Source of the DNA: Octopus vulgaris | Lineage: Eukaryota | Assembly (NCBI GenBank): GCA_951406725.2 | Contig: OX597829.1 | Location: 36,394,001-36,458,000, forward strand | DNA length: 64,000 nucleotides | Direction: 5' to 3' | Shown: positions 1 to 13,145 of the stretch, one piece after another | Position numbering within the stretch: position 1 is the first letter of the stretch | Layout of the letters: each line of letters starts with the position of its first letter | Notes under the pieces: generated by a model | The model's input: the letters and a program-made list of their open reading frames with translations, nothing else | Databases searched by the model: none | Told to the model about the DNA's origin: nothing | Translations under genes and position numbers: made by a program

Positions 1-208
1 TTGGAGCTAATCAACAATTAAAATACGCGCCTTTCCTTGGACATGCATACTCTCACATACACACATGCAACAAGACACATTTATATAGGTATATTGATTC
101 ATTTACCTTTCTACTGCACCCTGTGTACATAGGCAATATTTTGTCTTTTAGCCAGACTCATACACAATCCAACTCCCTGTTACAACTGGTGTATCATATA
201 GAAGGTAC

Positions 209-242
209 AATACATACATACATACATACATACATACATACA

Positions 243-331
<89 letters not shown>
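209..331. repeat. Compound microsatellite (TACA)n-(TA)n
   Basis: Direct reading; explains the overlapping YI/HT ORFs. Confidence 0.97.
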
Positions 332-334
<3 letters not shown>

Positions 335-1516
335 GATGTTGAAACAGTCGAGAAAACACGTAATAAATGATCCACAAGCACTCAACACTCGAGCAAACCG
401 AGCCCTCAGCTTGTTCCAGGCCTAAAGAGATACATGCTTTTTTTTTTTTTTTTTACTGAACCCTCATTTGTCATTCACGACGAGAGAACCCATAATATGA
501 TGGATTCCCTCATCAGGAATGACAAATGCATGGAAAGCTGTTCGCTTCCATTTACGTGGACAGTTTTCATTAATCGAAGTTTTTTCAGTCCATGTTCTAT
601 ATATGTGTAAGTCTGTTGTCTGTCAATGAAGTAAACAATCCTTGTAATTGGAAGACAATAACTCCCACCGTGGTATTTAATATAGAAGAAAAAGTCAGTG
701 AAGAAGGGAATAACTGCAATAATGTCTGCTGATCTAGATCTTTAAAGGACTGAGACATTGCATTTAAGTGTTGATGTTGCCATTAAAGCCGATGGACATG
801 CTTCGATCATGTAGGATCTCCTCAGTGATGAATATTCATTTGTGTGTCTTAAGCGTAATCAATAATATGAAAGTCAGTATTTCACTGATACATATTTCAT
901 CTAATTCGGAGTAATTGGAAGCTTCCCAGAGGTTATTTTCTTCACCATTTACATATTCTCCAATCTACTGCCCTAATATTAATAATAATTTCTTTTAATC
1001 AAAATTGAAAACAAATTCTCATGCACACGCATACCATGCATACATATTTGCAAAGTTCCCAAACATACGCGAATATACATATGGCTAGTAAGTACACAGA
1101 CACCCATGCACATACGTACAAAAATCACATTCTCTTATACAGGCACTGCTTCGTCTTGCACCGCAAAGTGGATGAGTTTTGCTACTTATTTTCATTATTA
1201 AACTTTTCTTTTTGCACCTTAAATTTCTTCACACTGATGCCATTGCCTTGTCAATATTATTGTTATCATCGTCATCATCATCATCAGCAGCAGCAGCAGC
1301 AGCATTATCATCATCATCGTCGTTGTCGTCGTCGTCGTTGTCATCATTTCAAGGAATCAGTAAAAGATCCTAGCTGCATTTCTTCCGACTCATTATCTTC
1401 CGAGTTCACTTCCTCTGGTATCAACCTTACCTTTCATCTTTTCGAGGTCGATAAAATAAAGTAACCCTTCACCTCAAAACTGCTGGGTGTGTGCCTAAAT
1501 TAGAAGACATTATCAT

Positions 1517-1793
1517 CGCTGAGCTGACAGAATCTTTAGTACCCCGGGCAAATTCCTTAGAGACATTTCGACTAGTCTCATTCCCTCAAATGTGCCTTTA
1601 GTACAAAGATCCGAACAAAATGCTTAGCAGCATTTCATCCGTCTTCACATTCTGCATTCAAATTCCTCCCAAGTCGATTTTGCCTTTCATCCTTTCGGGG
1701 TCGATAAATTAAATACCAGTTACGTACTGGAGTCAATCTAATCGACTGGCCCCTCCCCCAAATATTTCAAGCCTTGTGCCTATAGTAGAAAGG
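1517..1793 (+). mobile_element. SINE family A, diverged or composite copy
   Basis: Contains the family core TTTGCCTTTCATCCTTTCGGGGTCGATAAATTAAATACCAGTTACGTACTGG, also seen in copies at 17.5k, 18.8k, 36.9k and 47.2k. Confidence 0.75.
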
Positions 1794-1977
1794 ACTTCTA
1801 CAGCAACTACTACTACTACTACTGCTGCTGTTGCTGCTTCTACTACTACTACTACTACTGCTGTTGCTGCTTCTACTACTACTACTACTAATAATAATAA
1901 TAATAACAACAACAACAACTACTACTACAACAACAACAACAACTACTACTACAACAACAACAGCAATAATAATACGA

Positions 1978-2192
1978 AGGCGGCGAACCGGTAGAATCGC
2001 TAGCACGCCGGACGAAAGTTGTATATATCTCGCCAAAACTTTCTGAGTTAAATTCCACCGAGGACAACTTTACCATAAATCCTTTCGGAGTCAATAAATT
2101 TAGTACCATTAAGTACTGGGGGGTGGGGTCTATGTAATCAACTTACCCACTCCGCAAAAAATCTCAGGCCTTGCGTTATTTGTAGAAAGGAT
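1978..2192 (+). mobile_element. SINE family A, diverged copy
   Basis: Head AGGCGGCGAACCGGTAGAATCGCTAGCACGCCGG, B-box-like GAGTTAAATTCC, then core ATCCTTTCGGAGTCAATAAAT. Confidence 0.75.
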
Positions 2193-2565
2193 TACTATTA
2201 TTATTACTACTACAACTACTAATATGGCTACTACATAACTTTATTTGTTTTAATTATTTTTTCCAAATCTTCTTGTTCTTGTTGTTATTGATATAGTGCT
2301 TATATTTATCAATTCCTTCATTGAACATATTCTATGTCACAGTTAAAACTATTTCCTTATTAATCGTAGTAATTTTGTACTTGGTTGATGTTGAGACAAT
2401 TGACGCTCCTAAGCTAAGGTGGGAAGATTTCGTCACAGTCTTCCATTTCGACAAAGAAAATGCGCTGTCATGGTTACTTTGACGTGTAGATGTAGCTGAA
2501 GACCGAAAGGAGAATTAACAGGAAGTGGTGGTGGTGGTGGTGGTGGTTTTGTTGCTGATAACTAC

Positions 2566-2781
2566 AAGAAGAAGAAGAAGAAGAAGAAGAAGAAGAAGAA
2601 GAAGAAGAAGAAGAAGAAGAAGAAGAAGAAGAAGAAGAAGAAGAAGAAGAAGAAGAAGAAGAAGAAGAAGAAGAAGAAGAAGAAGAAGAAGAAGAAGAAG
2701 AAGAAGAAGAAGAAGAAGAAGAAGAAGAAGAAGAAGAAGAAGAAGAAGAAGAAGAGGAAAAAGAAGGAGAAGAAGAAGAAG
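2566..2781. repeat. (GAA)n microsatellite
   Basis: Direct reading. Confidence 0.97.
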
Positions 2782-5700
2782 CTTTCATTCTACTTTAGTC
2801 AGCAAAAACTACTGGTCAAGTATAGAGGTCGATGGAATCAATTAAGCCCCCATTTTTCAAATTCCAGAACTTGTGGTTATGTTAGAAATAATTATTATAG
2901 GATGGTAGGTTGGCAGAGTAGTTAGAATCCCGGACAAAATGCCTTGTGGAATTTGTTCAGATACTTTACCATCTGAGTTGCTATCCCACTGAGACCAACT
3001 TGGCAATTCATCCTTTCAGAAACAATAAAAATAATGTATGAATCAAATGTTGAGGGCAATGGCATCGACTAATCAACTCTCATAAAAATTACTGGCCTAA
3101 TTATTATCATAAGTAGTAGCGTTGGAGAAATATGCCATGTGTGTTTCCTGTGCTACACCGACAGTAGTCAGGTGCAAGCATAAAAATCTTCAGATTAAGA
3201 AATTACGTCTGAGAATGTAACAAGCCCCTAGTTTATTAGTTTAGTTTTGTTTTTTTTTTGTTGTTTTCGTTTTCTTGTTTTGTTTTTTTTATATATAACA
3301 AATCGAGATTCTATACAGCGTGACATTAGCTAATACTACTTTTTGAAAGGTGCCCATTTCTACTTTATAGGTAACAGAAATAGTTGTGTAATAATTCACT
3401 ATACAAATAACTAATGGAAAGCTAGGTTTTTAGTTCAACCACTATTTCGTGTAATTCCTTAACTTCTCAGTTCGTTTCGGTACCAGATATTTTTGTTATT
3501 GGTAGTTCGATAATTAATACACTTTTACGCTTTGTGTCAGTGTTATGGTTACTAATGACGTCAACCTGTATGCAGGTTTCCGTAGTAACATCGTATTAAT
3601 CATTTTTTGAGCAAGCACACTTTCATGTAATATAGAGCTCTACCTCTGGAGTTGATGTATATAGAGAAATTTCGCAACGTTGTGCATACAATTGGATTTT
3701 GCTGGAATTAGAAGGGAATTAGAATGTCGTGTATTATTTCAGAAAATATGTCACTGGCAACATTTATCATTTATCTAGTACATTGTGGGATTTCAACAGA
3801 TTCCTTATAGCTATTGATGGTTTGTTTATGTATGAGGAAAGCTATTACCATTCAAGCCAGAATCATTACTTATATGTAAGATATTCAGTTCTCTTGAGTA
3901 TGGAACATTTAAAGACATGCCTTTAGAATTGTTCGCTTAGGGCACCTTATGTGCTATATTTTGTAAACTTTAAAAAACAATATTAATAGTTATCCTGTAT
4001 TGATCTCACGTGCTCAGTAGATATCTTAGCTCATTTTCTTCTAGCGATCTATAATCGTTTGATGTTATAACTGTATAATACGTGATGCATTTATGTAAAT
4101 TTCTAGTTAGTCTACAGAACTTAGGTTTGTTATATTGTAGTCCAATACTACACAACTATGTTGTGGTTGCAAACGACACAGATTGTATTTTTGGTATTGA
4201 CGTTAATGTAAAAACTTTCATTCAGTGTAAATATTCAATCCTCATTTGCACATTTTTAAAGTTTGAGGGACCGCATTAGCAAAGTTAAATGGGAATTAAC
4301 GGGTACAATTACTAATAATTGTTTATGGGTCCCACGAAAGAAGACAATTAGAGAAGAATATGTCAGTTTATCAAAGCGAAGATTTTTTTCACAAAAGAGG
4401 AGACTTTTTTTTAATAAAAAAGAATGGTAGACTGGAGGAGGTCGCAACTAAATAAGACAGGTGAACAGAAAAGATACCGCTTTCGATGTGCTTGCGAAGA
4501 CAATGTTTCCTGACCACTTCTTCGACGCAAAAGGAAGCACACAGAAAACGTGAGGATTTAATGGTGAAATACCGAGTGGCATTAGCAGACACGTGTTATC
4601 TCATCTCAAGCAGAAATGTGCACTATTTTGACGGCACTTGATCAATTGTTTGCAAAGCACGACTGATCGGAGACGGTGGACTTCGATGTCTACTACACGG
4701 ACTGCAGCATCTATCGACCAAAGACATGTAGTGCTGCGAAACTAAATGTTTAGTGGGTTATTGAGTTGCTATACGATGGATAAATAATCAGGCCTGAATG
4801 GATTACGTCACAAACTTTATCGTTATATGCCAAACTTGTTGGCTACTATTTTGGCAGCTGTCTATTGCAACTGATAGCTAGCTTTCTGGAAAATTACCAG
4901 TTATGTGAACCGAGAAGTGAGGATGTTGCTAATGAAAAACTCGATCAAAGGAGACAATAGACAAATTCATGTTGAAGATTTCAGCAAAGATGTTCGCCAA
5001 GAAGTTTGTGTGTGTGTGTTGGCAGTATATTTGGAGACAACTATTACCTCACACGATATGGTGTAGAGCGAGTGAGCAACGGATCTGGTTTGGTGGAGCT
5101 CCGAACAATTTAGTTTGTTCTAATGTGTATACAGTGTCACCAGTCGCTACTGATCGTTTTTCTCAATTGTAGAATCAACGACGATAATGGTGGTGAACAT
5201 GTTTCGTCAGTATGTGCAACATGTCCTCCTACAACTCGTGTCTTTGACCAAGCTGCATTCCGAACTCAAGCGACACTTTGGCTGGAATTGACACAGAATT
5301 GAATTTTGCTAGGTGCTTGCTGTACTTTACCATAAGACAATATGGCCAATAGAGAGTTGACTTTTGTTTTCTATAAAAGATTAAAGACGGATTCGAACGA
5401 TGATTTTCTGGGAACAAATTTATGTTTCAATGAAATCTTTCACGTTAGGAATTAAGGATAGTTTCCAAAAGCCCTTGTTCTGTCTGTGTTATAGAAAGAC
5501 GGGTTAATTGTTGGGGTTTGGTCATTAATCTGTATGTTAACTCGACAGGTAAGGTTGTTTTCGTGTCAGCGGCAAATCGACCTTCCGAAATATTCCCAGA
5601 ATGAGGAAACCAACCGGTATACATGTGTTCAGTCGAACAATAATCTTACAAGGCACAGGACGAATCCGGATATCAGCTGAGTCAATCATAAAAATTGATC

Positions 5701-8368
5701 CATCGCTTTTTCTTCGAAAAGAAAACGAAGACAGATTCCCACTGCCTGGTGAATATCACAAAGAAAATTACGTTTTCAGCTTATGACTAAAAGCCTTGAA
5801 GTCGCTGTTTTACCTCTCAACAAGTCTTGATCAACTTCTAGCGTAACTCAAAGAGGAAAATGAGAATATAGAGTACGATACTACTCTCAGTTACATCGTA
5901 TGAAAGGTAGTCACAATATTAGAATATCTAAATTGACCTGCCTCTATTTATCATATTATTGGCTGGAAGCAAGAACCTAAAGAAACTATTCACTGTTTAT
6001 GTGTCGGAGTAATTCATAGTTGTGTGCGGAGTGCTACGAATCACCAGACAGGGTTAGATCATTTTGTTGGCATATACTAGCGAAGGCGCGTTTTAACTAA
6101 TTTTTTTTCAATATTCATATTATTGGAGTGTCAATTGTTAATAGGTTAACTTTTTACAAGATCATATTGGAGGGAGATTTTTATCTAAAGTCAAATCACA
6201 TGTCATCTGTATATAAAGAGAAAAAAAAGAAAAACCCGTGTCATAAGTTCGCCATTCCGTTATACGTTGTTGGTAATATTTATTGTAATATACTATTTAG
6301 CAATGTATCTTAAATGTTTTGTTTATATCAACTTTTTACTCGCTATAAAACTACACTACACTATTTTTGTTTAATTTCTTTTGTATATCATGTTTTTACT
6401 GTTTACAATTATTTGTACTTTGTGACCATAAAAGAAATTATGTTTACTATTATTGCTATTTCTCTATTTGTCACAAAGATACTAAAAGGCAGACTTTGTG
6501 TTCATGACTAAAAGAATTTCCCCTCTAACCATGTTACGTAATTGTAAATTCTGCATAGGTACAAGCATGACTCAAATTATTTGTTACACTTGATAATCTA
6601 CAAATTTCAATTATTAGGTAGGATTGTAGAAAGACGCACTTTACCAAATTTCGTACACATACCACAACAATGAAAAGGCGTCAGAATTTTGCACTTATGC
6701 AGAAATGAACATAATTGTTTTGTCTAAGGAGAATCATCTATAACTTTTTTGATATTGCTGCAGAACGATAGACATATAAATATTTCACTTAGGGTGCTGC
6801 TTATATACTCTAATATATTATGATATAGTATGTGTAGTTTGGTATAGCAAAATAAATCGCAGTTTTATGCAATATGAATTACAGTGTACATGAGTGTAGT
6901 ACGTGTAGTGATAATAGATGAAGTTTAGTATAATGATTGCAGTTAAGTATTTCAGTATTGTTTTGGAGCAGTGTAGATATATGAAATCTATTTTATTGTA
7001 GCGTATATATTCTCTGTTACTACCAGTACGCTATATTTTTATTACTATGTCACGGAAGAGACGATGTTCATAGCTTTGGCAGTCTTTCAGTAAGCGGTGA
7101 GATAGATGTGATTAACGTTCTTATTGAGCTGTTGTAAAGACTACAGGAAAAAAAAACATGCCCAAAGATGGAATCTCCCAACTCCGATGAAGGACCTTAG
7201 ATTTAGTAATTAGTATGAGAAATAGAAAAATTATATTGCATTCAAGAGGGGAATAAATGAGTTGGTAGTTCCTGATAGGAAATGGCATCAGACTATCCGT
7301 TTCGAGAAGCAGAGTTCGCTGTGAGCAACTTCATGCTAAGCAATAGAGTGGGTGTTCCTTAGATACAGTCAAGTGTGCATGTCTAGGAAGTAGCAGCGTC
7401 CACATTGGATGGAGCATACAGTTTCAGGCATGAACTTGGTAGCAGTCTTAAGTATTTCGTGATCCTGAAGAGGAAGAAAACCATTGTCTGTCTAATACAG
7501 TTGCAGGTTAACATTCGTGATGGTGAGAGTTGGTATTTGAAGATCTTAAGGGTTCTACTTACGGGCAGTTTATGTTTGGCGTTGAATGATGGGATAAGAA
7601 ATGTGTGTATGTGCCTGTGCGGATTGTCTTTCTCTCTATATATATATATAAATGTATGTATGTATGAATGTGTGTATACACAGACATACATGCATACATG
7701 CAGTCATATATATATATAGTTTATTTTTTAAGTAAAAACCACAGGAGAATTTCACCCCTTCAGTTTAAGATGATAAAATATTTCTTAAAAGTAATGACGC
7801 ACAACTACTTAAGACGATGAAGATTACATGAAGTACACTTTGCAATGAGATAGACGGAAGCAACTTTTATAAATGCTTTCGTACAGAATAGTGGTAGTGG
7901 TCATAGTTATCCCTGATGTGACCAGATGTCTATATGAAGACAATCGTACTTCAAATTCTTAATTCTTTCATCATTCTCTGAGCGATAAACTACCGATAAA
8001 AATCACTATCAAAATAAAGCTAAGACGCTAAATATGTCGTGTCATATCCATAAAATGAATAATTTCTTCCTGTCGCTTTAGGAAATATAAAGTACATTGC
8101 ATAAAAGTATAACATATATCTGTGTATATATATAGTTGCGCTATTTAGTGCCTCACTGTCAATAAAATCTGGAATGGGAGCACTAATCAATGATGAGTAT
8201 AAATACAAACTTGTTTGTTACCAGTTCTAATATGGGATCTATGTCTCTCTTGTCAGTTTGCAGCGTCTGGGGAGATAACGACTTCAAAATTGATGCATCC
8301 AACAGTCTAGTGCAGTCTAGTGCTGGGGCTGACTCGGTGTATTTACACCTATTTGTCAACAGTGAGAA

Positions 8369-8399
<31 letters not shown>

Positions 8400-8408
<9 letters not shown>

Positions 8409-8689
8409 GAAAAGTTGTGTGGTGTGTCTCCTACGATTTAGATTCCTAACTACTCCCACATTTTGCGGTGCAGTTTAACCAAAACCGGGTATCTTATAGT
8501 CGTGATTCATATCGAGCCCTTCTGGGTATTAGCGCGCGTCTACGATGAGTCTACGATTTTAAAAAAAAATTACCATCATTTTTTTCCATTTTTAATGCAT
8601 TCTTTTGCTATTATATAAGGGAAGTAACTCTAAAAATGCTTTATAGTTATTTCCCTTACAAATCCGAGCAACGCCGGGTGATACTGCTA

Positions 8690-8690
<1 letters not shown>
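8400..8690 (+). mobile_element. Short non-autonomous Helitron-like element between (TA)n tracts
   Basis: 3' end reads CCGAGCAACGCCGGG (imperfect GC hairpin), then a short spacer and CTAG|T, the canonical Helitron 3' signature. The 5' end merges with (TA)n-TAAAG. Confidence 0.7.
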
Positions 8691-8719
<29 letters not shown>

Positions 8720-8723
<4 letters not shown>

Positions 8724-8935
8724 CGCCAATGATTCAAACCACATGTGAATCGTTGGCGATTTTTTTCCCTCCATCTTCCTTTTCTATTGGACTCTCTACT
8801 GTCTGTTGTTTCTGAAGAAGAGCTTTGCTCGAAACATAAAACCACCTGTCTTTCCTTCCCTGAGCGTCTTCTAATACCTTATATGTACCACGTCCTCGCG
8901 TTGTTGCTTTTTTGCGTTTGTTCTTCGTTTTCTTT
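8720..8935 (+). mobile_element. Penelope-like pseudo-LTR fragment with hammerhead-like core
   Basis: Hairpin AAATCGCCAATGATTCA...TGAATCGTTGGCGATTT, then CTGAAGAA-GAGC-TTT-GCTC-GAAAC. The tail CTGAGCGTC..AATAC..CCACGTCCTCGCGTTGTTG recurs on the minus strand near 38370-38420. Confidence 0.55.
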
Positions 8936-9223
8936 TGGGTGGGGGGGGGTTACTATTTACCGCACGCTCACACGGACCCCCAGCCTTCCGATTGACTTTG
9001 GAGTACCTAATTCACAGAATTCTTTCTTCCATCGGATTACATTACTTTGTTCATTCGGAATACGCTATTTCTGTACCTTATTTACACACACACATACACA
9101 CACACACACATATACATATTATAATTAGGAGTATCTAAGAGATACCAACCATGCTAGATATAGCAGCTAAAACTACTCTAAAACAACATTAAATGCTCAT
9201 ACAGTACCAGGAGAGAGGACAGT

Positions 9224-9261
<38 letters not shown>

Positions 9262-9267
<6 letters not shown>

Positions 9268-9950
9268 AAATGGGTCAAGAAAGCAAATATCCAGACAGTT
9301 AGGTGATAAAAAAAGGGACAACAAAACATCCTGATAGATGATACAAAGAAAACAAGGTCGGGTCATTCGGAGTTTCCTTTCCTCAGTCGAGTTCCAGATT
9401 ATCTTTGCAATTTCAGCTGGTAATACTCGAGATTGTTCCAATCTGGCCAGCCCCAAGGAAAAACTAAGCTAAGAGTTAGAAGAAAGCAGCGAATGTATAC
9501 GAAAACAAGGACGGAATAAAAACGGAGAATGTTACACAAATACAAATAACAGGACATAACAACAGGTGTCTTTCGACTAAGGACGAATTAAATTCAGCTG
9601 GCGTGTGTGGAAATAAAGCTTTACGGCAGGAATACAGGATTTCACAGGCACAGGGAGGAATATAGATGTTGCATGGACGACGACCGAACCAAGAAAGAAA
9701 GATCAGGCTTGGCCGAACACCGGTTACCTGGGGAGATAAGAGAGAGAGGTTGAGGCACAAGGACAAAAGAATTACGGAGGGGCGGGAAAAAATGACAGGG
9801 CCACAGTGAAGTGAAAAGAGGAGGGAAAGTGAGCAAGAAGAGAAGGCAGGGAAATGTGAGAGAGGGTAACGAAAACACGAAGAGCGGAATGAACAAATAA
9901 GCGAGAAAGGGCTGATAGAAAGAAAGAAGAGAGTCGTCCAAGATTTGATA
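9262..9950 (-). mobile_element. Interspersed repeat flanked by (TA)n, possibly a Penelope-like terminal fragment
   Basis: Bounded by TA runs. The segment CATTCG..TCAGTCGAG..CCAGATTATC..GCAATTTCAGCTG is similar to 18410-18467, which is also TA-flanked. Classification is inferred. Confidence 0.4.
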
Positions 9951-11147
9951 TATATATATCCCAAAACATTGACTATGTTGGTCTAGGATGAGAAAAATAG
10001 CTTCCGCTAGTAGATAACAGTGTGTATTAAGTTCTACTCTTGTTGTTAATTTCAATATGTCCTGAAAACAGAGGCAAGTTAAAATAGGACAAACAACAAA
10101 AACAAATTGAGAAATTCATAAATAAACAAAATGATATTTTTTTTCTTTGTTTTATTTAGAATGAATTCTAGATAAAATGTGAAAATGCAATCGATAAATT
10201 AGACTATTTTAGGAAAAGAAAGATACCTAGATAAGAAGAAAACTAAATTTTGATAAACGTAAACATTGATTTCTAAAGACGTGCTATAATTAAGCTTAAC
10301 TATGACGGGTACTGTGGGAGGGAAAGTTGTAAATTCTTGGAGAATGGGAATCAACTAAACGGTTCCAATTTACAAATTCACGTTTCTTTTGTTTATTTAT
10401 TTCCTATCATCAGAGAATTATTGCGTCACCGAAGATTTAATCTTTCAATTCGATTGCGTCACATTGGTTGAACTTTGAACTAATTGTTTTACTTTTTTAG
10501 CAGATCGTGAGTTTAAGTCGTCGGATGCTGCTTCACAAAATTTACAAAAAAATTGCTTTAATACACTCATTACCTATTTTACTATCTTCTATCGCATTTT
10601 TCTTATCTACTATCTACATAGATGTATTCGTATACGAAATGTAACTTTCAGTGCTGGCTCTAACTGCCATAGAAAATCTGTTGAGATAACTTAAAACTGA
10701 CTGAATCGTAATGCTAAAATAGGACACACGGTATTGTCCTATAAGCCGTTAATATACTGGTAGTATATTATGGTTGCATAACGAAGTACAGTGTCCCTGC
10801 CAGCAGTTAATATGGACGTACGAGTTGCCAAGAATGTGTTTAATATGTAAAATTGGTAGATCCAGGTGTGTTACACCGCTATATTTGCGGATATTTAAGT
10901 AATACGTTTATGCATTACCTTGTTCATTCGCATGGTTAATGGGTCGCATGTGGTGCAGCTGGAGAAAGCGCAAGAACTCCTGAAATATGCATGTACACCC
11001 ATTACATATCTTTCTATCCTTCATCGCATTGTTTACATAGACGTATTCGCATCCGAATGTGTGGCTTCCGGTGCTTGCTCTAAGATAACTTTATACAGTG
11101 ATTGAATCGAACTACTAATACGTACGTACATACATACATACATACAT

Positions 11148-11209
<62 letters not shown>

Positions 11210-11274
11210 GTGCGTGTGTCCGTGTGTGCGTGTGTGTGTGCAAAGAGAGAGAGAGAGAGAAATAGAGAAATACT

Positions 11275-12170
11275 TAAGAGGTGCATTCCAGAAATTGTCA
11301 TTTCTCCAGAAGATATTTATTAATTGTAAAAAACTTTAAACTCCTTCAAAGTAAGATCCACTAACTACAATGCACTCATTGTAGGGGAGCAGCCACTTCG
11401 TGATATCTTTCAAAATGAGGTAGCCAGGACCCTTGTCACGGCCTCCATCATCTCAATATCATCAAAGTAATTGCCTCAGAAGCTCTCGGAAACAACCAAA
11501 AGTCACAGAGAGCAAGGCCTAGACTCTAGAGAAGGGGAATGACAGTATTGATGCCTGTCTCTAGCATGTAGTCTGTTGTCAGGGTGACATTGTGGACTGG
11601 TGCATGTGCCATCGATCCGAGTGGACTTCTGCGACGAAATTTCTTCCCGAACTCCCTCAAAACTTCCACAAAGTACTCTTTGTCGACTATCTGGCCCGAG
11701 GAAACCTAGCGGATGCAGATGGTGCCCTTGCCTTGCCTAGCCTTCATGGGTCTGAGGGAGCCAAGATGCTTCCATTCGGCACTGTCTTTTGGACTCTGGA
11801 TCATAACAGTTAATCCAGCTTTTGTCAGAGGTCACCATATCGTTAAGTACTCATGGGTTGGAGGTAATGAGCTCAACCATCTCCCTGCCGCCATCAATAT
11901 GTCTTTCGTTCGTCACTGAGCACATTAGGAACAAGCATTGCAGAAATTCTGTGTATGTTGAGACCTTCATGAACAATTCTGAATACAGTTGTCATAGCAA
12001 CCGTAAACGCTAAAACAGTCTCAAAACGTCTGGAATGTATCTTGCAAGTTGATAGATATCAATACATACTAATAATATAGGATTGGCCGTCGATCAACAA
12101 ACCCAAATAATACACGCAAGAGGGAGAAAGAGAAAAAAAGGTACCTGAAACTCTCGCCACTTAAGTCATA
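11275..12170 (-). pseudogene. Decayed mariner (Tc1/mariner) transposase
   Basis: Minus-strand translation gives VTSDKSWINCYDPESKRQ (cf. VTGDESW..YDPE), APVHN (cf. DNAP.H), L*SLGLALCDFWLF (cf. YSPDLAPCDFWLF) and a terminal YFEG. Stops and frameshifts present. Confidence 0.8.
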
Positions 12171-12758
12171 AAGTTCCTCAGAGACAATACTGCGGTATTC
12201 GTTCGGAGATAATGTCTCTTAGGGACGTGCTGTTTTTAAAAAATACAGTATACATATCAGAAGCAAACAAAAGTCCTCCTAGCTGCGGCGTTAAGGATGT
12301 GATATGTACTTCTGCCTCACTCTGTGATGTCAGTAATTAGTACTTAGAGACAGCCGCATACTGATACTGCAATAAATTTGCTGTCACCGATGTATTTATT
12401 TTCTGTTGCATATAAAGAATATTTTTTTTTATTCATCCTTCGGCTATTTGCTAAATTAGTGATTGTTTATTCCCTGTTTTCCCACATTAAGGGTGACAGA
12501 TTTAAAAATCAGGAAAAAAATCTCGCAAATTTCGATGCCAGTCAGCTTATCCATTTCCAATTTTGTACCAGGGGAATTATAGTTGTTTTATTATCGTTTT
12601 TTTTTTTAATCAGTGTGTACTGTCTTGATTTGTTTCTGCATTTATTTTGTTGTTGTTAGTTGCCGTCGTCGTCATCGTCGTTGTTGTTGTTGTTCTTGTC
12701 CTTGTTGTTTCTGCTACTGCTGCTGTTGTTGTTGGTCGTGGTGGTATTGCAATTAAAA

Positions 12759-13145
12759 GAGGCGCAATGGCCCAGTGGTTAGGGCAGCGGACTCGCGGTC
12801 GGAGGATCGCGGTTTCGATTCCCAGACCGGGCGTTGTGTGTGTTTATTGAGCGAAAACACCTAAAGCTCCACGAGGCTCCGGCAGGGGGTGGTGGCGACC
12901 CCTGTTGTACTCTTTCGCCTCAACTTTCTCTCACTCCACTCTTACTTCCTGTTTCTGTTGTACCTGTATTTCAAGGGGCCGGCCTTGTCACTCTCTGTGT
13001 CACGCTGAATATCCCCGAGAACTACGTTAAGGGTGCACGTGTCTGTGGAGTGCTCAGCCACTTACACGTTAATTTCACGAGCAGGCTGTTCCAATGATTC
13101 GGATCAACAGGAACCCTCATCGTCGTAACCGACGGAGTGCTTCCA
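12759..13145 (+). mobile_element. Full-length tRNA-derived SINE (family C) with 11-bp TSD
   Basis: A box TGGCCCAGTGG, B box GGTTTCGATTCC; TSD ATTGCAATTAA at 12746-12756 and 13146-13156. Confidence 0.9.

Noticed and set aside
430-900. Possible Penelope GIY-YIG remnant on the minus strand
   Set aside because: Only a vague LRLMKTVH-like scrap; too weak to support.
9360-9395. Hammerhead on the minus strand (CTGAGGA..GAAT), similar at 18410-18436
   Set aside because: The GAAA box reads GAAT and no stem I or III is evident, so it is not called a ribozyme.
10585-11095. Degenerate ~90-bp direct repeat (10600-10665 vs 11030-11085)
   Set aside because: Real, but short and diverged; no termini or TSD to define an element.
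12759-12835. Functional tRNA gene
   Set aside because: A/B boxes are present, but there is no clean acceptor stem and the sequence continues into a SINE body bounded by a TSD.
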